Counted from the whole stretch's first letter, positions 10,821-20,325 are shown. The stretch: 62,261 bases of DNA, filler included, from 4 parts of 4 records of this genome joined end to end with filler, not necessarily neighbours in it; one strand, 5' to 3'. Notes: generated by a model from the sequence alone, not told the origin. Numbers and translations: made by a program.

Positions 10821-10865
10821 TTACGAGTGCCACCACCAGATTGTGTTTTGGATTGAATTGATCAT
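10821..10865 (-). CDS. trpL: trp leader peptide 1 (MINSIQNTIWWWHS)
   Basis: Hand translation; three tandem TGG codons; followed by terminator 1. Confidence 0.85.
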   Translation of the reverse strand: MINSIQNTIWWWHS

Positions 10866-11012
10866 TTTTGTTTCTTATTAAGTGTGTCTTTAGTGGCTAC
10901 AGTAAAGCGTACCTGTAGTATTTATGTCAAGTGTTTATTTAAAACAATTTATTAAAAAAATTTGTTATACTTCATAACAATTAAGCAATTATAACTTTAG
11001 TAGTCCTCTCTT

Positions 11013-11870
11013 TTGATAAAATACGATTTACATAGTCATACAACACATTCGGACGGACAATTGAGTGTTGAGCAACTGCTCCTTCGTGCAGTAGATAAAA
11101 ACATTGATGTTTTTGCCATTACTGATCATGACACGGTGGCTGCAATTGAACCTGCACAAACGTTTATTGAAAGCGAAAAATTACCTTTGATTTTAATTAC
11201 GGGTGTTGAAATTTCAACGAAGTGGGAAAGTTTTGAAATACATATTGTTGCGTTGAACGTCGATGTGAAAAATGAGGCTTTAAATTCGTTACTTTTGCTG
11301 CAGCAAAACAAGCGAGCAGAACGTGCAAAAGAGATTGGCAGGCGTCTTGAAAAAAACGGCTTCGATGGTATTTACGAGCAGGCAAAAGAGCTTGCACAAG
11401 ATGCACAAATTACCCGTGCCCATTATGCCAGAGCATTAATAGAGCGCGGTGTTGCTAAAACAATTCCGGGTGTATTTAAAAAGTATTTAGGCCGCGCAAA
11501 AACGGGTTACGTACCAAGTAAATGGTGCGATATGCAAACTGCAATTAGTGCAATTCATGCTGCTGGTGGTGTAGCGGTTATCGCGCACCCTGGGCGTTAT
11601 CAAATGTCTAATAAATGGCTGCGTAAATTATTACTACAATTTAAAGAAGCTGGTGGCGATGCAATGGAAGTTGCGCAACCACAACAGGCGCCAAGCGAGA
11701 GACAGTTTTTGGGTGAGTTAAGCCGTGAATATGGTTTATTATGCTCACAGGGTTCAGATTTTCATTTTCCTACCAGTTGGTTAGAATTAGGGAAAAACTT
11801 ATATTTGCCGAAAGATTGTCAAGGTGTTTGGCAACTTTGGGAAGGCAAACAAGGAGACACACATGAGTGA
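11013..11870 (+). CDS. yciV: PHP-domain protein YciV/TrpH (RNase AM-like)
   Basis: DLHSHTTHSDG, ITDHD, AHPGRY, GSDFH; divergent from trp as in other gammaproteobacteria. Confidence 0.9.
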   Translation: MIKYDLHSHTTHSDGQLSVEQLLLRAVDKNIDVFAITDHDTVAAIEPAQTFIESEKLPLILITGVEISTKWESFEIHIVALNVDVKNEALNSLLLLQQNKRAERAKEIGRRLEKNGFDGIYEQAKELAQDAQITRAHYARALIERGVAKTIPGVFKKYLGRAKTGYVPSKWCDMQTAISAIHAAGGVAVIAHPGRYQMSNKWLRKLLLQFKEAGGDAMEVAQPQQAPSERQFLGELSREYGLLCSQGSDFHFPTSWLELGKNLYLPKDCQGVWQLWEGKQGDTHE

Positions 11871-12483
11871 TTTTTTTCATATTCATCCAGATAACCCACA
11901 GCCACGATTGATAAAACAAGCGGTTGATATTATTAAAAAAGGTGGCGTTGTTGTCTATCCAACAGATTCTGGTTACGCAATCGGTTGTAATTTAGGAAAC
12001 AAACAAGCTAAAGAGCGTATTGAACGTATTCGTGGTATTGAAAAACACCATAACTTTACTTTGGTTTGTCGTGACTTATCTGAATTATCAACGTATGCCA
12101 GAGTTGATAACCAATTATTCAGGCTAATAAAAAACAACACGCCAGGGCCATACACGTTTATTTTTAAAGGTACAAAAGAAGTGCCTAAACGGTTATTAAA
12201 CGATAAGAAAAAAACCATCGGGATCCGTGTAATCGAACATCCAATTAGCTGTGCATTACTGGCTGAATTAGGTGAGCCTTTGATGTCGTGCTCACTGATT
12301 TTACCTGACGAACAATTTACAGAATCTGATCCTGATGAAATTCGTGATCGCATTGGCCCATTGGTTGATTTAATTATTCATGGTGGCTATTTAGCAGAGC
12401 AGGCGACAACAGTGATTGATTTATCAGAAGATGATGTTGAAGTGCTTCGAGTTGGGTGTGGTGACACAGCACCGTTTGAATAG
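11863..12483 (+). CDS. yciO: Sua5/YciO/YrdC family protein
   Basis: HPDNPQPRLI, YPTDSGYA, PGPYTFI; ATG 11863 with AGGAG RBS. Confidence 0.92.
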   Translation: MSDFFHIHPDNPQPRLIKQAVDIIKKGGVVVYPTDSGYAIGCNLGNKQAKERIERIRGIEKHHNFTLVCRDLSELSTYARVDNQLFRLIKNNTPGPYTFIFKGTKEVPKRLLNDKKKTIGIRVIEHPISCALLAELGEPLMSCSLILPDEQFTESDPDEIRDRIGPLVDLIIHGGYLAEQATTVIDLSEDDVEVLRVGCGDTAPFE

Positions 12484-12494
12484 CACACATTACT

Positions 12495-13328
12495 GTGACA
12501 GATGTAAATAATTCAACTACTGTTGAGCCTCAGCAGCCAGTACAGCAAAAGTTGCCACTGGCTTTTTTGCATGGCAAAGCGGTTATTGATACTCCAGAAG
12601 ATTTGTACATTCCCCCTGATGCGCTTGAAGTAATTTTAGAGACGTTTGAAGGTCCACTGGATTTACTGCTTTATCTGATAAAAAAACACAAACTAGATAT
12701 TCTAGAATTATCCATTTTTAGCATCACTGAGCAATATGTTCGGTACGTAGAAATGATGAGCGAATTTCAGCTTGAACTGGCGGGAGAATATTTAGTAATG
12801 GCGGCGCTTTTAGCGCAGATAAAGTCGCGGTTACTATTACCAAAACACGAAGAGCTGGAAGAAGAAGAAGATCCTCGCGCTGAGCTGATACGTCGTTTGC
12901 AAGAATACGAACAATTTAAAAAAGCCGCTGAAAACTTAGATGAAATCCCACGGGTTGGACGAGAAATATTTACCGCCCGTGCTTTAATGGCCGAGCAAGA
13001 AGAGCCGAGTCAATTATTACCGGATGTAGAATTAAAAGACCTACTTTTAGCGCTCAGTGATGTGATGGCCAGAGCTAAAACCTTTGAACATCATCAAATT
13101 ACCGCAGAAGCACTCTCAACCCGAGAGCGAATGAGCTTAATTTTGGCTAAGCTCTCCAAAGCGGGTACGCAATTACCTTTCACTGCCTTGTTTACAGTAG
13201 AAGAGGGGCGAAGTGGTGTTGTGGTCAGCTTTATTGCAATGCTCGAACTAATAAAGGAAGGGCTGATCACATGCTTACAAGTTGAGCCCGCCACACAAAT
13301 ATATATAGGCTTGGTGGATAATAATTAG
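12495..13328 (+). CDS. scpA: Segregation and condensation protein A
   Basis: FEGPLDLLLYLI, EYLVMAA, DPRAELIRRLQEYE, VVVSFIAMLEL. Confidence 0.93.
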   Translation: MTDVNNSTTVEPQQPVQQKLPLAFLHGKAVIDTPEDLYIPPDALEVILETFEGPLDLLLYLIKKHKLDILELSIFSITEQYVRYVEMMSEFQLELAGEYLVMAALLAQIKSRLLLPKHEELEEEEDPRAELIRRLQEYEQFKKAAENLDEIPRVGREIFTARALMAEQEEPSQLLPDVELKDLLLALSDVMARAKTFEHHQITAEALSTRERMSLILAKLSKAGTQLPFTALFTVEEGRSGVVVSFIAMLELIKEGLITCLQVEPATQIYIGLVDNN

Positions 13329-13710
13329 TGATGGTTGCTTATAAAGCAAAGTTTGGGTGTAATAACGACTTAATTAACGTTGAGCAACGCAGGCATAGCT
13401 TAGGGCATAAAAGCTTTTCTAATTATTTAAAATCCATTGCATAAATAGCACTCACTCTGTTAAATCGAACAAGTAGTTCCTCAGCCTAGAAAGCAACACT
13501 ACAACACAACCAGCGTGTCGCATAAATATTATAATGCACAAGTATAGACTCACACCTTTTAAACAAGATAGGCCAACTGAGACTCCCCACACAAAATAAA
13601 ACTCACAACTTTAGCTGTGCATATACGCACATAACTTGTTTGTAGTTCGCTATTTTCTTTTGATTCGGAACGGGCTATCTTAGTTTTACTAAATCAAGGA
13701 GCCGTTCAAC

Positions 13711-14265
13711 ATGTTTAAAAATACTCAGTCGCGTTATGGCTTAGTCGCAATTGTCCTTCATTGGCTCATGGCATTGATGGTCATAGGGTTATTTGGTTTA
13801 GGGCTATATATGGTTGAATTAACCTACTACGATAGCTGGTATAAAGGGTCAATGGATTTACACAAAAGTGTGGGTATTACATTGGCATCTTTACTTATAT
13901 TTAGGTTTGCATGGCGGGCATTGGGTACACAGCCAGATCCAGTTGCAGGCTCAAGCGCTCTTGTTAATAAAATAGCGCACAGCGCACACTTAGTGATCTA
14001 TATATTACTGGTTTGCATCGTGATTTCAGGGTATTTGATTTCAACTGCAGATGGTCGCTCAATTGACGTGTTTACGTTATTTAGTATTCCCGCCATTGAG
14101 TTATCAGTGGAAAATCAAGCAGATATTGCAGGTAAAATTCATTATTGGGCAGCATGTAGTTTAATAGGCCTTGTAATTTTGCATGCACTTGGGGCATTAA
14201 AACATCACTTTATCGATAAAGATAAAACCTTAATTAGAATGATCAAACCACTAAAGGATGATTAG
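13711..14265 (+). CDS. yceJ: Cytochrome b561 (YceJ-like)
   Basis: LHWLMA, HKSVG and HALGALKHHF heme histidines; adjacent to yceI. Confidence 0.88.
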   Translation: MFKNTQSRYGLVAIVLHWLMALMVIGLFGLGLYMVELTYYDSWYKGSMDLHKSVGITLASLLIFRFAWRALGTQPDPVAGSSALVNKIAHSAHLVIYILLVCIVISGYLISTADGRSIDVFTLFSIPAIELSVENQADIAGKIHYWAACSLIGLVILHALGALKHHFIDKDKTLIRMIKPLKDD

Positions 14266-14266
14266 A

Positions 14267-14845
14267 ATGAAAAAATTACTTGTTACTGCAGCTGTTGCTG
14301 CAACACTTTTTGGTGCCACAGCTGCACAAGCAGCAGATTACGTTATTGACACAAAAGGTGCTCATGCGTTCGTTAATTTTAAAATTAAGCATTTAGGATA
14401 TAGTTGGTTACATGGCCGTTTTAATACTTTTGATGGTGAATTTAGCTATGACGCTAAAAACCCAAATACATCATCGATCATGGTTAATATTGATACAAAA
14501 AGCATCGATTCGAATCATGCTGAGCGCGACAAGCATTTACGCGGCAAAGATTTTTTAAATGTTGATAAATTTCCAAATGCGAGCTTTAAAAGCACATCAA
14601 TAAAGTTTGATGATGATGGCGATGAAGCGAATGTGACCGGTGAATTTACACTGCACGGCGTTACGAAAACGATTACATTTGAAATTGATAAAATTGGTGA
14701 AGGGACGGACCCTTGGGGTGGTTATCGTGTTGGATTTGAAGGCGAAACAAGCCTCAAGTTAGCAGACTATGGAATTGATTATAATTTAGGTCCAGCATCT
14801 ACACACGTGGATATCGGTTTATATATTGAAGGTATTAAGAAGTAA
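14267..14845 (+). CDS. yceI: YceI family periplasmic polyisoprenoid-binding protein
   Basis: Signal peptide, HAFVNFKIKHLG, RDKHLR, DPWGGYRVGF. Confidence 0.92.
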   Translation: MKKLLVTAAVAATLFGATAAQAADYVIDTKGAHAFVNFKIKHLGYSWLHGRFNTFDGEFSYDAKNPNTSSIMVNIDTKSIDSNHAERDKHLRGKDFLNVDKFPNASFKSTSIKFDDDGDEANVTGEFTLHGVTKTITFEIDKIGEGTDPWGGYRVGFEGETSLKLADYGIDYNLGPASTHVDIGLYIEGIKK

Positions 14846-14881
14846 TCTTATCTTTTAGTCGTATATATTAGAACAAGCGCC

Positions 14882-15733
14882 TCATTTTCGTGAGGCGCTT
14901 TTGTGTAAGTGGTGGGCTAAAATAGGTTTTAAATGCTCAGGTAGCCATCGAAGTAAAATATCATTATATGCGTTAGTTTGTTTTACCTTCATAAGGGCCT
15001 TATTAAGTAATGCTATATGTTCCTTACCTTGGTCAGTATTGGTGCATCCAATATAACCCAAGCTAAAATCTGATGCCTCTTGCAGTTGTAATTGAGTTAA
15101 CTCTGTGTCGAAGCCCATCTTTTTAGCCATATAAAAGTGTTCGCTCGGGTAGCCTAACAATATATCTATTCTCTGCTTGTTCAACATATAAGTGAGGCTT
15201 GAAAGTGTATCTCTACCAGGGCGGATTATGATAGATGCATCGGCACTATTATTAATTACTTTATCGATTTCAAGACCATATGAGCGACTCATTGAAATAC
15301 CCAAAGTGAGCTTTTTATTGTTTAACAAAGAATTGAACGACTGGGGTATTTGTTGATCCAATTCCAACTTATCGATTAAGTTTTTATGTATTGCAACAGA
15401 CGGTGATAAACCGAGTGTAGAGCTTTCTTCACTGAAAGTAATATGTTGGCGGCGGTGATCACTTTGATAAAGTGAAAGCATACAATAGGTTTTATTAGGG
15501 TTTGACACTTCGAGCAGTGCTCGGCTGGAGGGGAAGATAACACGATTGAAAGTATAGCTGGGTAATTCTTGCTCTAATAATGAAATGATACTTTCATCTC
15601 TGCCTGTGCCGATGAATTGATCAGATAAAATGTAATATGGGGCAAAGTCAACGACAACCCAATTGATAGTATTACTTGTGGCCGACACTGGCAGCGCGTA
15701 AAGAAACATGGAAAGTAAAATGCTACGAAACAT
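14882..15733 (-). CDS. Periplasmic solute-binding-like protein (TIGR02285/family 3-like)
   Basis: Signal peptide, DFAPYYI, RSYG, RIDILLGY, GYIGC. Confidence 0.65.
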   Translation of the reverse strand: MFRSILLSMFLYALPVSATSNTINWVVVDFAPYYILSDQFIGTGRDESIISLLEQELPSYTFNRVIFPSSRALLEVSNPNKTYCMLSLYQSDHRRQHITFSEESSTLGLSPSVAIHKNLIDKLELDQQIPQSFNSLLNNKKLTLGISMSRSYGLEIDKVINNSADASIIIRPGRDTLSSLTYMLNKQRIDILLGYPSEHFYMAKKMGFDTELTQLQLQEASDFSLGYIGCTNTDQGKEHIALLNKALMKVKQTNAYNDILLRWLPEHLKPILAHHLHKSASRK

Positions 15734-15798
15734 ATAAGTACTACTAAATTACAGGCTCATTTAATTAGTGTAGCAGGATAATTTTAGCTTGATAAAGT

Positions 15799-15820
15799 AA
15801 AACGCCAGCAGATGCTGGCG
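15799..15820 (-). terminator. Intrinsic terminator after the 55-aa ORF
   Basis: Minus strand CGCCAGCA-tc-TGCTGGCG-TTTT. Confidence 0.65.
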
Positions 15821-15851
15821 AATATCGTGTTGGAATACAAATCAATATTGA

Positions 15852-16019
15852 TTAGTTAGCTTTTAACCACTTAACAAATTGACGTGCATCGCTTGCTTTT
15901 GTGAATAAGGCATTTTTAAGACCTTGTGTGTCTGAAAAAATAACACGTTGTTTATTCACTGAAATTGATTGCACCGGATGGGCAATTTGGATCATAGATC
16001 CGTTATAACTATAAGACAT
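15852..16019 (-). CDS. Small hypothetical protein, 55 aa (below the ORF-track cutoff)
   Basis: MSYSYNGSMIQIAHPVQSISVNKQRVIFSDTQGLKNALFTKASDARQFVKWLKAN; upstream GTGAG; own terminator. Confidence 0.65.
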   Translation of the reverse strand: MSYSYNGSMIQIAHPVQSISVNKQRVIFSDTQGLKNALFTKASDARQFVKWLKAN

Positions 16020-16400
16020 AATAAAACTCACTTTTTTCTTGTTATCTTTGTGCTGCTAAATCTTTTATTAGCTCAAAAGCACAATTAGACGACCATGTTG
16101 TGTTTAGCTTCATTACAGTGTTGACGATCTTTATGACATTTATGCGAACATATCTAAAAATATGACGTATTCTGAATTAGGGTTCTCGCCGTACGATAAC
16201 TTAGCTTTATAATTTACGTATTTGCGGGCTTACTGGATCAGGGTAAAGGGGTTAACCGCTAGGGCTTTTTTATAGCCAAGGGATAATATTACATTTTAAT
16301 TTCTAGCTTTACAAGCTTAATTTAAATTTATCTGGAGTTTGAGTGGTTTTCATTGTATCTTTCTTGGGTAAGTACAATTAATAAGCAGTAGTTTTAAGAA

Positions 16401-16940
16401 ATGAAATACATTTTTGTCAGTGATATTTTTGGGAAAACAGCACACCTCTCTCATTTTGCTAAGCAGTTCAATACTGACCATCTCATTATTGACCCTTACA
16501 ATGGTGAACTACAAACAGTCACTGATGATAGCCAACAATACACGCACTTCATGAGCAAATGTAATCATGACGGGTATCTTAATAAGCTTAATTCCATTTT
16601 TGCGAATGTTGCAGATGCAACGACGGTAATTGCTTTTAGTGCTGGTGGTGCAGCGGCTTGGCGAAGTATAGCGCACGTAAATAACCCCCACATTAAAAAG
16701 CTTATTGCATTCTACCCAAGTCAAGTTCGTCATCATCTTGATATTATTTCTCCTATTCCATGTGAATTTATATTTGCGAATGAGCAACATTTTGATATTC
16801 AGCACGTGATAAATAACTTGAGTGCGCAAAAACAAATAATATGCACAGTGACTGATTATAAACATGGGTTTATGAATCCACTGTCTAAAGGGTTTAATAG
16901 TGCTGGTTATCAACAACTTTGCCGATATTTATTATCTTAA
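16401..16940 (+). CDS. Dienelactone hydrolase-like alpha/beta hydrolase
   Basis: SDIFG, AFSAGG nucleophile elbow (Ser), HGFMN catalytic His. Confidence 0.75.
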   Translation: MKYIFVSDIFGKTAHLSHFAKQFNTDHLIIDPYNGELQTVTDDSQQYTHFMSKCNHDGYLNKLNSIFANVADATTVIAFSAGGAAAWRSIAHVNNPHIKKLIAFYPSQVRHHLDIISPIPCEFIFANEQHFDIQHVINNLSAQKQIICTVTDYKHGFMNPLSKGFNSAGYQQLCRYLLS

Positions 16941-16997
16941 AACATCACAAATTAATTATTACAGCTATACTTAAATTTTACATGGAATTTAAGTATC

Positions 16998-17933
16998 ATG
17001 ATTGAATCAACAGTGCCTTATCAACACTTTTTATCGAATCCCATAGCCAAACCACCATGTAGAATGACCAATGCTAATATGTATGGTTTTTTTGCCGAAA
17101 TTGAAATAGAAAAAGTACAACAATACATTGATTCCACACTCAACAAGGCTGCCCCAGATGCGACGACTTTTAATGCTTTAGGAGAGTTTGTACTCATTAC
17201 CTTCACCGATATTGAAAAAATAGCCTCGGTTACCCCTCCTTTTGATAATCAAGGGTGGATGCAAGAGACCGACATCATTATCTGGTTGCCTGTTGTCAAA
17301 GTTGAACACGGTGATATAAGTCACCTATATTGGTATCCTGCTTTTATATGCGTTAACAATATTTACGCACTGATTAATGGCCGAGAAACATGGGGTTACA
17401 ATAAGTATTTGTGCGAATATGAAATGCCAAACTCAGTATCAGCACTTTCGCCATTTTCGATTTCTTTAGCGTGTTTCAAACAATTCTCACCAAATTCAAA
17501 ATTACAAATGCATGAATTGTTCTCTATTAAGCAAACGGTTAATAAAGAAGATAACTCATTCTTATCTGCACTTGATGACTTTGGAGATCAGGTAGCGAAC
17601 CTTTTCGAAGGTGGTCATTTTGGTATTGATCTATCTTTGATTAAACAGTTGCTTAAAGGCTTTATTAACCCACAAATGGATCAAATTCTATTCAAGCAAT
17701 TTCCAGATGGGGAAGGCGAGAATGCAGTTTACCAATCAGTAATGCATTCACCATCTGAGATAAAAAAGGTACATCAATTAAAACTTTTAAAGTCAGACTT
17801 CACCCTAAACCTCAATCAGTTGGACAGTTTTCCTCTTGCCGATATGTTTGGTTTAAAACTAGGGAATCAACCTCTACACCTACCATTTTATATTCAAATG
17901 GACTTTGATCAGCTACCGGCAAGCCAACTTTAA
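16998..17933 (+). CDS. Acetoacetate decarboxylase (ADC)-like superfamily protein
   Basis: ALINGRETWGYNK matches the ADC GRE-x3-Y-P-K motif; also FKQFPD. Confidence 0.7.
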   Translation: MIESTVPYQHFLSNPIAKPPCRMTNANMYGFFAEIEIEKVQQYIDSTLNKAAPDATTFNALGEFVLITFTDIEKIASVTPPFDNQGWMQETDIIIWLPVVKVEHGDISHLYWYPAFICVNNIYALINGRETWGYNKYLCEYEMPNSVSALSPFSISLACFKQFSPNSKLQMHELFSIKQTVNKEDNSFLSALDDFGDQVANLFEGGHFGIDLSLIKQLLKGFINPQMDQILFKQFPDGEGENAVYQSVMHSPSEIKKVHQLKLLKSDFTLNLNQLDSFPLADMFGLKLGNQPLHLPFYIQMDFDQLPASQL

Positions 17934-17956
17934 AGCGACCTATTAAAGGAAATAAT

Positions 17957-20206
17957 ATGACCCAAGAAAGAATAGTTATCATAGGTGGCGGTGTGTCGGC
18001 TATGACTGCTGCGCTCTATCTGACAGAGCAAGACGATTGGCAGCAACACAGGAGTATTACGGTATATCAACAAGGTTGGCGTTTAGGCGGTAAAGGAGCC
18101 AGCGGGCGAAATGCAAAGTATGGGCAACGGATAGAGGAACATGGTTTGCACGTTTGGTTTGGGGCTTATGTTAATAGCTTTAAAACCATCGAAACTGTAT
18201 ATGATAAATTGCAAAGACCAGAAAGTTGCTCATTATCAACCTGGCAACAGGCTTTGAAGCCACACAGTTTTGTTGCGCTTGAAGAATACATTGACTCAAC
18301 ATGGCAAACTTGGCCTCTAGACTTTCCTTTACTTCCAGGCAACCCAGCACAAGGTAGCCTTGATATTACAGCGTGGGACTTTGTAAAAATGACGCTGGCG
18401 TGGCTAAAAAAATGGATAACTGACATACAAAGTGAAGCCTCAAATGCTAATAAAAGCACGCAGTTAAAAACGAAAAAAACACGCGATAAATCTCTATTAC
18501 GTCATTTACAACAGCAGTTAGAAGATTTAGTAGATGATACTGAAGAAGCTTGGCAACAATTTAGCAAAGATATCGAACAACAGGCGCATGAAATAAGCTC
18601 AACTCCGAGTTTGTTAATTACTAAACTCAATCATTTTGTTCATGGGCAGGAAACCTTAAACCCACAAGGGAATGAAAAAAAAGACGGCCTTGTTATTTGG
18701 TACATAGTTAGGAAACTTAAGCGTTGGTTAAATAGCGAGATCAGAGATTTATTAGACGATAATTCAGATTTAAGACGCTTATATATTTGTGCCGATTTAG
18801 CGATCGCTATGTTGGTTGGTCTTGTAAGAGATAAAGTATACCGTGATGGGTTTGGTGTAATTAATAAATACGATTTTAGGCAGTGGCTAACAAAAAACGG
18901 CGCAAATGTGCAATACAGTGTAAATTCTGCACCGGTGCGTGGTTTTTACGATCTCGTATTTGCTTATCCAAAGGGCGACTTTAGTAAGCCTAATGTTGAG
19001 GCGGGTGTTGCTGCACTTGCTATGTTGCGTATAGCCTTGTGTTACCGAGGTGGCGTAATGTGGAAGATGCAAGCAGGAATGGGGGATGTGATTTTCGCGC
19101 CCATTTATGAGTTGCTACAAAAAAGAGGCGTTAAGTTTGAATATTTTCATCAACTACAAAACCTCACTCCAAGTCTTGATGCTCAAGGCGAGTACATTGT
19201 AAATACAATTGAATTACAACAACAAGTATCATTAAATTCAACAGCGCAATACCAACCCCTGGTAAATATAAAAAGTTTGCCGTGTTGGCCAAGTGAGCCA
19301 CTTTACGATCAATTAAATTCAGAGCAAGCTGCTTTATTACAGCAAAATAATATAAATTTAGAATCATTTTGGAGTGACTGGCCGGCAAAATACCAAGCCT
19401 TTTATGGTCGGCCGCTACCACGTAAAATCTTAAAAGTTACTGATGATTTTGACAAAGTGATTTTGGGTGTTTCTGTGGCATCACTGGAACATATTTGCCC
19501 TGAATTATTAGAAATAGATAGTTCATTTCTTGCTCAAGCTAATAATGTTAAAACCGTGGCAACGCAAGCAGCACAGTTATGGCTGACAAAAACAGATCAA
19601 CAGTTAGGTTGGCAATATATGCCAGCCAGTGAAGAGGGGCCTATATTAAGTGGTTTTAGCGAGCCTTTTGATACATGGGCTGCAATGTCAAACTTAATTG
19701 ACAAAGAGCAATGGCCGCTGAACTCCTCACCTGTAAATATTGCTTATTTTTGCAGTGCTTTTCCGTGTGATGACTACCCACCTCAAAGCGATCATGAATT
19801 CGTAGTAAGTGCAAAAGCACAGGTTAAAGAAAACCTTGAAAGCATGCTACAAAATAATATGCAGCCTTTATGGCCATTGGCTTATGAGCACAAAAAATTC
19901 GATTGGTCAGTACTATTTGGATCAGGGCAAGTTGATAAATCATCTATTGACGATCAGTATTGGCGTGTCAACGTCGATCCGAGTGAGCGCTATGTTTTGT
20001 CTGTGGCAGGTTCAAGTAAATATAGGCTGGCAACCAATGAAACTAAATTTACTAACCTATTTATTACCGGGGACTGGATAAAAACGGGCGTAAATGCGGG
20101 CTGTGTTGAAGCTGCGGTTATGGCAGGAATGCAAACTTCTCGGGCAATATGTAACTATCCTGAAAACATAAGTGGGGAAAATGCCTTTGAACCCAGTAAT
20201 AATTAA
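17957..20206 (+). CDS. Large FAD/NAD(P)-binding oxidoreductase (phytoene desaturase/amine oxidase-like fold)
   Basis: IIGGGVSAMTAA, RLGGKGAS, IEEHGLHVWFGAY, C-terminal NLFITGDW...CVEAAVMAG. Confidence 0.8.
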   Translation: MTQERIVIIGGGVSAMTAALYLTEQDDWQQHRSITVYQQGWRLGGKGASGRNAKYGQRIEEHGLHVWFGAYVNSFKTIETVYDKLQRPESCSLSTWQQALKPHSFVALEEYIDSTWQTWPLDFPLLPGNPAQGSLDITAWDFVKMTLAWLKKWITDIQSEASNANKSTQLKTKKTRDKSLLRHLQQQLEDLVDDTEEAWQQFSKDIEQQAHEISSTPSLLITKLNHFVHGQETLNPQGNEKKDGLVIWYIVRKLKRWLNSEIRDLLDDNSDLRRLYICADLAIAMLVGLVRDKVYRDGFGVINKYDFRQWLTKNGANVQYSVNSAPVRGFYDLVFAYPKGDFSKPNVEAGVAALAMLRIALCYRGGVMWKMQAGMGDVIFAPIYELLQKRGVKFEYFHQLQNLTPSLDAQGEYIVNTIELQQQVSLNSTAQYQPLVNIKSLPCWPSEPLYDQLNSEQAALLQQNNINLESFWSDWPAKYQAFYGRPLPRKILKVTDDFDKVILGVSVASLEHICPELLEIDSSFLAQANNVKTVATQAAQLWLTKTDQQLGWQYMPASEEGPILSGFSEPFDTWAAMSNLIDKEQWPLNSSPVNIAYFCSAFPCDDYPPQSDHEFVVSAKAQVKENLESMLQNNMQPLWPLAYEHKKFDWSVLFGSGQVDKSSIDDQYWRVNVDPSERYVLSVAGSSKYRLATNETKFTNLFITGDWIKTGVNAGCVEAAVMAGMQTSRAICNYPENISGENAFEPSNN

Positions 20207-20325
20207 TTAATCTTTCTTATCACAGCGGTTTTAGTCGATGGATTAGTCTATAATTGGCCATATAACAGTATGTTTACATACATATTTGAATATGGTCTTT
20301 GCACATTTATACCCAAGGTTACTTT

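Noticed and set aside
10604-10865. Tandem attenuator as an assembly duplication
   Set aside because: The two leaders and terminators share function but little nucleotide identity.
13573-13584. GCCAACTGA similarity to the Vibrio Qrr sRNA core
   Set aside because: Only about 9 nt match, with no sigma-54 promoter or terminator in the right place.
17957-20206. Calling the flavoprotein a carotenoid desaturase (crtP/crtQ/crtU) or hpnE
   Set aside because: Only fold-level motifs are shared, and no phytoene synthase or hopanoid genes are nearby.
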